From: Kofleriaceae bacterium
GTDB lineage: Bacteria; Myxococcota_A; Polyangia; Haliangiales; Haliangiaceae
NCBI GenBank assembly: GCA_046597055.1
Contig: JBKJLC010000289.1
Span: 1-12,973, forward strand
Length of the DNA: 12,973 nt
Reading direction: 5' to 3'
Below, piece after piece: positions 1 through 6,955 of the stretch. Under the pieces are notes generated by a model, which searched no databases, was not told the DNA's origin, and saw only the letters and a list, made by a program, of their open reading frames with translations. How positions within the stretch are numbered: position 1 is the first letter of the stretch; every line of letters begins with the position of its first letter. Position numbers and translations under genes: made by a program.

Positions 1-19
1 GCAATGGCACCGGCGTGCG

Positions 20-502
20 TCACGCCCGGGGACCCCGGATCGAGCAAGCGCCGGGACCTCGGCTTCGCCGACGGCGAGGCCGGCCGCGCGTGCCCCAGCG
101 TCGCCACGGGTCGAAGCGAAAGCGCGTTCGAACCAAAGCGAAAGAAGTGATCAATCCTGAGGCTGGCCCTTCGACTCCGGGCTCGCAACGAGCCCTTCGC
201 TCAGGGACACCGGAAAGAGGTGTGGGATCCAGCCGCTGGCCCTTCGACTCCGGGCTCGCAACGAGCCCTTCGCTCAGGGACACCGGAAAGATGTGCGGGA
301 TCCTGAGGGCCAGCGGCCAGCGGCCAGCAACCGCACGCGCGGTGGGCACCTGGTCCCAGAACCCGTCGACCACGACGAACTGATACTGACAGCCTTCAGC
401 GGGGAGGTGGACCACGCCGAACGCGCCGTAGCGGCCGTTCGGGAGCGGGACGGCGACCACGTCGCCCACCGCCAGCGCCCGGGGCGCAGCCGCGCTCGTC
501 AT
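20..502 (-). pseudogene. Imm26-like (immunity protein 26-type) N-terminus, probably truncated or frameshifted by the repeat
   Basis: ATG lies 13 bp after the MMPL stop. The N-terminus GDVVAVPLPNGRYGAFGVV...VVVDGFWDQVPT resembles the GD(V/I)FAVPLxxGxYG motif of Imm26-like proteins. After about residue 66 the frame runs through the repeat and ends in an Arg-rich tail that does not look like real protein. Confidence 0.5.
140..308. repeat. Tandem repeat of period 73 bp (about 2.3 copies) with an internal hairpin; REP-like
   Basis: 162-218 is identical to 235-291 (57 bp), extending to 162-230 vs 235-303 with 2 mismatches. GAAAGAnGTGnnnnATCC recurs at 140, 213 and 286. Each full copy has the stem-loop GGGCTCG-CAA-CGAGCCC (179-195, 252-268) inside CCCTTCGACT...CGCTCAGGG. 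Confidence 0.93.
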
Positions 503-515
503 GCCACCCAGCCGG

Positions 516-2993
516 CTACGCCGCGGCGTCCAGCGGCGCGGCCGGGGCGGTCGCGGCCGGGCGGCGGCGCATCGACACGATCGCGGGCACCAGGACCAGC
601 GCCGTGATGAGGCACGAGATCTCGCCGATCAGCGAGGCCAGGCCGAAGCCCTTGATGGCCAGGTTCTGGGACACCAGCAGCGAGCCGTAGCCGATGATCG
701 TCGTCACCGAGCACAGGAAGACGGCGCTGCCCGAGGTGCGCAGGGTCTCGACCGGATCATTGTCCTCGCCGTGGTGGCGGTGCGCGATGTTGATCGCGTA
801 GTCGACGCCGAGGCCGAGCGTGATCGGCAGGGCGACGAAGTCGAGGAAGTTGACCTTGATGCCCAGGGTCGCGCACGCCGCGACCAGGCCGAGCGCGCCG
901 GTGCCGGTCGCGACCAGCACGGCCAGCGACCGCAGGTTGCGACCGACCACCAGCAGCACCATCAAGATCAGCCCGAGCGTGGCGACCGCGGTCACCCGCA
1001 GGCCGTCGCGTTCGATCGCGGTCACGATGTCGGCGAACACCACGCTGGCACCCGAGGTGGTCACGGTGCGGCCGTCGGCCAGCTCGAGCCGGCGCACCGC
1101 GCTGGCGAAGCGGATGAGATCCTTGCCGTTCCACTCGTCGAGGGTCGGGTCGGGCCGGACCCCGATCAACAGGCCGACCCGGCCGTCGCGCTCGCGCAGG
1201 TTGACCGCGAGCTCCTCCGGCAGGTTGTCGGGGCTGATCGCGGCCAGGTCGTCGGGCGGGCGCATGGTCAGCAGCTCGGCCCGGACCTCGTCGTCGAGCG
1301 CCTCGAGCGCGTCGTCGTCGAGCATCGTCCGGATCTCGGACAGCTCGGCGAGCTTGGCGGCCTGGTCGGGCGGCACCAGCTCGAGGATCGACCGGATGCG
1401 ACCGATGGTCCTGGGCCGGCCCGGGGCGTCGATCTTCTCGAGCGCCGCGACCACCTCAGGGACCTCGGCGAGCCGGTCGACCGCGATGAAGGTCTGGCCG
1501 GCGATGCCGCGGCCGAACTCGGCGTCGCTGCGATCCATCCAGCGCTGGGCCTCGATCGCGGCCGGTCCGTCCGAGCGCAGGTTCTTGATGTTGTACTCGA
1601 ACGGATCGTTGGCGACGTAGCGGTAGGTCACCGCGCCGGCCAGCACCGACAGCGCCAGCGCCGCGACCACCACCCGGCCCGGATGCCGGAACGCCAGCAG
1701 CCACGCCAGCAGCGAGCCGATGATCGGCCGACCGTGGGGCAGGCGCGGTCGCGCGGCGAAGCGCAGGACCAGGACCGGCAGCAGCGTGTACGAGGCGATC
1801 CAGCACAGGAGCATGCCGATCGACCCGATCACGGCGAAGTCCGCGAAGCCGCGGAAGCTGGTGACCGCGAGCGAGCCGTACGCGATCGCCGCGCCCAGCG
1901 ACGCGACCAGGGTCGGGCGCAGGGTGCCCGCGATCGCCTCGGCCATCGCGGGCTCGGGCTCGAGCTGGCGACGCTCCTCGAGGTAGCGCGCGATCAGGAG
2001 CACGCCGTAGTTCACGCCATTGCCGGCGATGATCGCGCCGAGGAACGCGGTGGCCGCGTTGAGGTGGCCGACCGTGAGCGCGGCCGCGCCGAACGCCGCG
2101 GTGGTCGCGACCACCAGCGCGGTCGACAGCACCATCAGCAGCGCGAACGATCGAAAGTAGAGGATCAGGACCAGCCCGACCAGCACCGCCGTCACGATGC
2201 CGGACACGACCATGCCCTCGACCAGCGCGGCATGTTCCGCGACGCTCGGCACCACGCCACCGGCGAAGCCGATGTCGACGTCGGGGTGCTTGGCCCTCAC
2301 CGCGGCCCGGTGGCCAGCGAGCTGCTCGAGCAGCTGCTTGCCGCGGCTGGCGTCGGTCTTGGCGAAGCCGGTGCGGACCACGATCAGCTGGTGGCTGCCG
2401 TCGGCCGAGACGAACGACGACTTGTCGAGCTGGGCCTCGGCGTCGCGGCGGCGCTGGCGCAGATCATCGAGCCGCTGCTCGGTGGCCGCCGCGTCGGCGG
2501 CGCGCTCCTCCTCCTCGAGATCGATGAACAGCGGGTTGGCCTCGAGCTTGGCCTGGTCGATCCGCGCGCGCAGCGCGTCGCGCGCCTCGCGCAGGTCGGC
2601 GAGCGGCACGAACAGGTGGCCGTGCGCGCGCAGGAAGTTGCGGGTGGCGAGGTCGTCTTCCTCGACGCGGTTGACCAGCCGCGGCGGCAACCCGCGCGCC
2701 TTTGCCGCCAGCTCGGACGCCACCGCGGCCCGCACCGCGGGATCGGCGGCGCCGACGATGATGAGCAGCGTGTCCTGCGCCTGCACCCGCGCCTCGAGCC
2801 GGCGCAGGTCGCGCACGGCGGGCGCGTCGGGCGGCAGCAGGTGCGAGAAGTCGGCGCGCAGCGGCAGCCGGAAGCCCACCAGGTAGATCGCGCCGAGCAT
2901 CGTCAGCGCGCTGACGACCAGGATGAGGGTGCCGCGCCGGCCGAGCCACGCGACGAACCCGTTGGCGGCGGCGAGGCTCCGTTCGGCGCTCAC
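516..2993 (-). CDS. MMPL/RND-family membrane transporter (825 aa)
   Basis: Two repeats of (1 TM + large soluble loop + about 5 TM). RND/MMPL motifs GNGVNYGVLLIARYLEER and GLGVDYAINIAHRH; late helices TTIIGYGSLL and FGLASLIGE. GTG start preceded by GAGGT (3003-2999). Confidence 0.92.
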   Translation of the reverse strand: MSAERSLAAANGFVAWLGRRGTLILVVSALTMLGAIYLVGFRLPLRADFSHLLPPDAPAVRDLRRLEARVQAQDTLLIIVGAADPAVRAAVASELAAKARGLPPRLVNRVEEDDLATRNFLRAHGHLFVPLADLREARDALRARIDQAKLEANPLFIDLEEEERAADAAATEQRLDDLRQRRRDAEAQLDKSSFVSADGSHQLIVVRTGFAKTDASRGKQLLEQLAGHRAAVRAKHPDVDIGFAGGVVPSVAEHAALVEGMVVSGIVTAVLVGLVLILYFRSFALLMVLSTALVVATTAAFGAAALTVGHLNAATAFLGAIIAGNGVNYGVLLIARYLEERRQLEPEPAMAEAIAGTLRPTLVASLGAAIAYGSLAVTSFRGFADFAVIGSIGMLLCWIASYTLLPVLVLRFAARPRLPHGRPIIGSLLAWLLAFRHPGRVVVAALALSVLAGAVTYRYVANDPFEYNIKNLRSDGPAAIEAQRWMDRSDAEFGRGIAGQTFIAVDRLAEVPEVVAALEKIDAPGRPRTIGRIRSILELVPPDQAAKLAELSEIRTMLDDDALEALDDEVRAELLTMRPPDDLAAISPDNLPEELAVNLRERDGRVGLLIGVRPDPTLDEWNGKDLIRFASAVRRLELADGRTVTTSGASVVFADIVTAIERDGLRVTAVATLGLILMVLLVVGRNLRSLAVLVATGTGALGLVAACATLGIKVNFLDFVALPITLGLGVDYAINIAHRHHGEDNDPVETLRTSGSAVFLCSVTTIIGYGSLLVSQNLAIKGFGLASLIGEISCLITALVLVPAIVSMRRRPAATAPAAPLDAAA

Positions 2994-3150
2994 GAACCAC
3001 CTCGGGGCCGGCGATCACCGGAGCCGCCGCGACCGCGACGGTCGGACCACGACGCGCGCTTCACGATGCAACGGGCCAAGTGGTGTCTATGGCAAAGCCC
3101 GGCCCGCCACGCAAGGGCCGGGTCGCGGCGGATGTCGGCTGGTTACCGGA

Positions 3151-4014
3151 TCACCAGTTGCGGCGCGACCGCGTCGGCGCACCGGTCCGCTCGGGGCGCG
3201 CGCCCCGACGGCTGGCGACGCGCGTGCCACGCGGCGGGTCGTGCCGGTCGACGCGGTCGACCTGCGCCTCGGGCGCGAGGCCCTGCGCGGCGAGCCACGC
3301 CGCCTCGGGATCGGTGCGCGCGAGCTTCGCGACGTGCATGGCGAGCACCGGATCGAGCGCGCGACCATCGAGCCGCACCTCGAAGTGCAGGTGCGATCCC
3401 GTGGTGCGGCCGGTCGAGCCGACCTGGCCGATGCGACCGGCGGCGGCGATCGGCGTGCCGGCCGCGACCTCGATGCGCGCGAGGTGCGCGTACCGCGTGA
3501 CCAGCCCACCGCCGTGATCGATGTAGATGACGTTGCCGTAGCCGCGCTGGCGGCCGGTGAAGGCGACCACGCCAGTCCCGGCGGCGTAGACCGGCGTGCC
3601 GCGGTCGGCGCGGTAGTCGGTGCCACGGTGGAACTTATTGCGACGGTTGATCGGATCGCTGCGCCACCCGAATCCCGAGCTCTCGACGCCCGGGACCGGC
3701 GACGCTGCCAGCGCCTGCAGATCGGGGAAGGCGCGCCGGGGCACGAGGTGGGCGAAGAGGTCGGCGGTGCGGCGCGCGGCGTCGCGCCAGCGGACCTGCA
3801 GCTCGGCCGCGAAGGTCTCGACCTGGCCGGGAACGCGGGTCACCAGCAGGCCGGTCGCGCTCGCGGTCTCGGCGCACCGTGACCACGCCTCATGCCACGA
3901 CCAGGTGGGCGCGACGCTCGCCGGCACCACCGGAGCGGCCGGGGCCGCACCGACGGGCACGGCCGCCGCCACCACCACCCACACCACACCAGTCGCCAGG
4001 ATCCGGTGTCCCAT
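3151..4014 (-). CDS. M23 family zinc metallopeptidase with signal peptide
   Basis: HxxxD (HRGTD), GYGNVIYIDH, TRYAHL and GSTGRTTGSHLHFEVR (HxH); hydrophobic N-terminus. Exact start is uncertain. Confidence 0.95.
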   Translation of the reverse strand: MGHRILATGVVWVVVAAAVPVGAAPAAPVVPASVAPTWSWHEAWSRCAETASATGLLVTRVPGQVETFAAELQVRWRDAARRTADLFAHLVPRRAFPDLQALAASPVPGVESSGFGWRSDPINRRNKFHRGTDYRADRGTPVYAAGTGVVAFTGRQRGYGNVIYIDHGGGLVTRYAHLARIEVAAGTPIAAAGRIGQVGSTGRTTGSHLHFEVRLDGRALDPVLAMHVAKLARTDPEAAWLAAQGLAPEAQVDRVDRHDPPRGTRVASRRGARPERTGAPTRSRRNW

Positions 4015-4115
4015 CGTTGCGCCTAGTCTTTGTCCGTCCCTGCACCGTGATCAACCCAGAAGTCCAGAAAACGACGGTCGAAACTTGTTGCACGTCCAAC
4101 GACCCTGTTCCAAGA

Positions 4116-4613
4116 ATGCGCCTGATGTCGGTCCGGCGCCTGTCCAGTCTTGCGGCCGCGCTGGTCGGCGCGACCTGTTTCCTCGTCGCTGTCCAGGGCG
4201 GTCGCTGGTGGATGATCGCGGACACCGGCATCGGTCCGGTGTCGACCCAGCGCTGCTTTGGCGGCGAATGCAGCCCGGGCGGGCTGACGTGGGCGGGCGG
4301 CACCGACATGTGGCACCGTGCCGGCTTCGCGACCTACGTTGCGGGGCTGTGCGCCGCGGTCGTACTCGTGGCGCTCGCCGGTGCGCTCGCGGCCGGACGC
4401 ACCGGTCGGCTCGCCGCGGCGGTGGCGCTGGTCGCGACGATGACCGCGGCGACCGCCGGCGCGCTGTTCGTGTTCGGCCGCCCCGAGCTGCCCGGCGGCA
4501 TCGTCGGTCGCGGCCTGTGGCTCTACGGCGTGGCGGTGATCGCGGCGGTGATCGCGGTCGTGCTCGCGCGGGTCCGGACCGCGGCGGCGCTGCCCGCGCG
4601 TGGCTCGGCGTGA
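4116..4613 (+). CDS. Hypothetical 4-TM membrane protein (about 165 aa) with a claudin/PMP22-like pattern
   Basis: Coding-like part of ORF 3879..4613, starting at ATG 4116 (or 4125). Four hydrophobic segments; the first loop has WW...GIG...C-x4-C. The stop overlaps the next start (GTGA, 4610-4613). Confidence 0.8.
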   Translation: MRLMSVRRLSSLAAALVGATCFLVAVQGGRWWMIADTGIGPVSTQRCFGGECSPGGLTWAGGTDMWHRAGFATYVAGLCAAVVLVALAGALAAGRTGRLAAAVALVATMTAATAGALFVFGRPELPGGIVGRGLWLYGVAVIAAVIAVVLARVRTAAALPARGSA

Positions 4614-5074
4614 CCAGCGAGATCATCGCCACCTTCGGCATCTACCTCGGGACGCTCCTCTTCTGCTTCGGATCGGGCCTGATCCCGATCTTCAACGCCG
4701 AGCTGTTCCTGGTCGCCGTGTCGACCTGGGCGGTGAGCTCGGTCGCGCCGCTGCCGCTGATCGTCGCGCTGGCCGCGGCCGGCCAGATGAGCGCCAAGAT
4801 CATCCTCTACTACTCGGCGCGTGGCGTGCTCGAGAAGGCGACTGGCCGCCGGCAGGCCCGGATCGAGCGCGCACGCCTGAAGCTGGCCAGGTGGCGGCAG
4901 CGGCCCATCTGGTACTTGCTGATCAGCTCGACCTTCGGGCTGCCGCCGTTCTTCATCATCAGCCTGCTGGCAGGCGCCCTGAAGATCCGGCTCCGCACGT
5001 TTCTGGTGATCGGCACGCTGGGCCGCGTGCTCCGCTTCGGCGTGATCGTCGCGTTGCCCTGGCTATCGTTCTAG
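4610..5074 (+). CDS. DedA/VTT-domain (SNARE-associated, YqaA-like) membrane protein (154 aa)
   Basis: 3' part of ORF 3620..5074 from GTG 4610. Motifs SGLIPIFNAELFL, GQMSAKIILYYSARG, GLPPFFIISLLAG and GTLGRVLRF fit the DedA/VTT pattern. Confidence 0.85.
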   Translation: MTSEIIATFGIYLGTLLFCFGSGLIPIFNAELFLVAVSTWAVSSVAPLPLIVALAAAGQMSAKIILYYSARGVLEKATGRRQARIERARLKLARWRQRPIWYLLISSTFGLPPFFIISLLAGALKIRLRTFLVIGTLGRVLRFGVIVALPWLSF

Positions 5075-5098
5075 TCCGACGCCGGGTACGCTGTCGGG

Positions 5099-6955
5099 GT
5101 GTCGCAGCTGGGGAAGCTGGTCGAGCTGCTCGACCGTGCCGAGATCACCGAGGTGGTGGTGGCGACCGGCCGTCCGATCGCGGTGCGCCGCGATGGCGAG
5201 TACCAGTCGATCACCCGCGCGGCGGTGTCGCGCGCGCAGCTCGACGCCTTGGTCGCCGACACCGTGATCGCCACGCTCCTCGCGAGCGGGCACGCGCACG
5301 AGACGGTCCAGCTGCTCGATCGTCACCTCGATGTCGAGGTCCAGCCGCTCGGCGACGAGGTGATGCTGCGCCTCACCCGCGGCACCCCGCCGACCCGGGC
5401 CGCGCACGACGCCGGCGCCCGGCCGCCGAGCCAGTCCGCGCCGCGCGTGCCCACCCACAGCGGACCGCGCGCGAGGTCGGCGACCAGCGCGCCGCGCGCC
5501 CCGACCCACAGCGGGCCACGCGCGAAGACGCCGACCAGCGCGCCCCGCCCGAGATCGCCGACCAGCGCACCGCGCGCGAGGTCGCCGACCCAGAGCGCGC
5601 CGCGCGCGAAGTCGCCGACCCAGAGCGCGCCGCGCCCGAAGTCGCCGACCCAGAGCGCGCCGCGCCCGAAGTCGCCGACCCAGAGCGCGCCGCGCCCGAA
5701 GTCGCCGACCAGCGCGCCGCGTCCGAAGTCGCCGACCAGCGCGCCGCGCCCGAAGTCGCCGACCCAGCGTGGCGAGCAGCGCCCGCCCGACGCCGCCGTG
5801 ACGCGCCCGGCCGCCTCGGCCCGCCTGGTCGAGCTGGTGCGCGGCGCGCGCGAGCAGCACGCCACCGACCTCCACGTCGCGCCGGGCATGCCGGCGATGG
5901 CCCGCCTGCTCGGCACGGTGGTGGCGATGGGCGCGCCGATCGACGCGGCCGCGGTCGATGCCATGCTGCTGCCGCTGCTCGACGCCGGCCAGCGCGCCCA
6001 GCTCGAGACCCGCGGCTACGTCGACTGCGCGCTCGAGCTGCCGGGCGGCCGGCTGCGCGCGAACGTGTCGCGGGTGCGCGGTGGCACCAAGGGCAGCTTC
6101 CGCATGATCGTGCCGGCGCCGCCGACGCTCGAGGGCCTCGGCCTTCCACGCGAGCTGGCTCGGATCACGACCTACCACCAGGGCCTGGTCGTGATCGCCG
6201 GCCCGGGTGGCCACGGCAAGACCACCACCCTGGCCGCGCTGGTCGATCTGATCAACTCGTCGAAGGCGCACCACATCCTCACGATCGAAGACCCGGTCGA
6301 GATCATCCATCCGCGCAAGCGCGCGGTGATGTCGCAGCGGGAGATCGGCAGCCACACGCGCAGCTTCGTGACCGCGCTGCGGGCCTCGCTGCGCGAGGAC
6401 CCCGACGTGATCGTGATCGGCGAGCTCCGCGATCGCGAGACGGTCGAGATCGCGCTCACGGCGGCCGAGACCGGGCACCTGGTGCTGGCCACCATGTCGA
6501 CCCCGTCGGCGGCCAAGACCCTCGATCGCCTGATCGACATGTTCCCGGCCGACGATCAGCAGCAGGTGCGGATGTCGCTGGCGGCGGCGCTCAAGTTCGT
6601 CGTGGCCCAGCGGCTGTTGCCCACTCCCGACGGTCAGGGCGTGGTCGCCGCGGTCGAGTTGCTCACCGGCGTGCTGCCGCTGGCCGCGCTCATCCGCGAC
6701 AACAAGCTGTTCCAGGTCGCCAGCCTGCAGCAGCGCGGTCGCGCCTACGGCATGATCCGGTTCGACGAGTCGCTGCTCGAGCTGACCCGCACCGGCCGGA
6801 TCACCGAGGAGGTCGCGCTCAAGTTTGCCGACAACAAGAAGGAGCTGACCGCGGCGCTGCGAGCCCCGGCCGCGGCGCCGGCGGTGCTGCCCGGCCAGAC
6901 CGGCAAGATGAGGTTCGGCGGCCTGTTCGGTGGCGACAAGCGAGGCGGTGGCTGA
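5099..6955 (+). CDS. PilT/PilU-family ATPase paralog with extra N-terminal domain and repeat linker (618 aa)
   Basis: TDLHVAPG, Walker A GPGGHGKTT (6200-6226), Asp box TIEDPVE, LREDPDVIVIGELRD (Walker B), ETGHLVLATMST, and LAALIRD (AIRNLIRE-like). Confidence 0.92.
   Translation: MSQLGKLVELLDRAEITEVVVATGRPIAVRRDGEYQSITRAAVSRAQLDALVADTVIATLLASGHAHETVQLLDRHLDVEVQPLGDEVMLRLTRGTPPTRAAHDAGARPPSQSAPRVPTHSGPRARSATSAPRAPTHSGPRAKTPTSAPRPRSPTSAPRARSPTQSAPRAKSPTQSAPRPKSPTQSAPRPKSPTQSAPRPKSPTSAPRPKSPTSAPRPKSPTQRGEQRPPDAAVTRPAASARLVELVRGAREQHATDLHVAPGMPAMARLLGTVVAMGAPIDAAAVDAMLLPLLDAGQRAQLETRGYVDCALELPGGRLRANVSRVRGGTKGSFRMIVPAPPTLEGLGLPRELARITTYHQGLVVIAGPGGHGKTTTLAALVDLINSSKAHHILTIEDPVEIIHPRKRAVMSQREIGSHTRSFVTALRASLREDPDVIVIGELRDRETVEIALTAAETGHLVLATMSTPSAAKTLDRLIDMFPADDQQQVRMSLAAALKFVVAQRLLPTPDGQGVVAAVELLTGVLPLAALIRDNKLFQVASLQQRGRAYGMIRFDESLLELTRTGRITEEVALKFADNKKELTAALRAPAAAPAVLPGQTGKMRFGGLFGGDKRGGG
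5527..5767 (+). repeat. In-frame coding tandem repeat of 27/30-bp units encoding (K/R)SPT(Q)SAPR(P/A)
   Basis: 27-bp units at 5527 and 5554; four near-identical 30-bp units at 5581-5700; 27-bp units at 5701 and 5728; partial unit 5755-5767. More degenerate copies lie upstream from about 5435. Confidence 0.97.

Noticed and set aside
162..291. 57-bp identical repeats as a CRISPR array
   Set aside because: Only two full copies; the intervening 16 bp is too short and resembles the sequence after the second copy; no cas genes in the window.
501..3500. 999-aa plus-strand ORF and other long overlapping ORFs (2923..3882, 5063..6478, 6745..8034, 9974..11416)
   Set aside because: Antisense or off-frame shadows of well-supported genes, expected in high-GC DNA; no recognisable motifs.
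5581..5700. 30-bp repeats as a CRISPR array
   Set aside because: Units are head-to-tail with no spacers and lie in frame inside a CDS.
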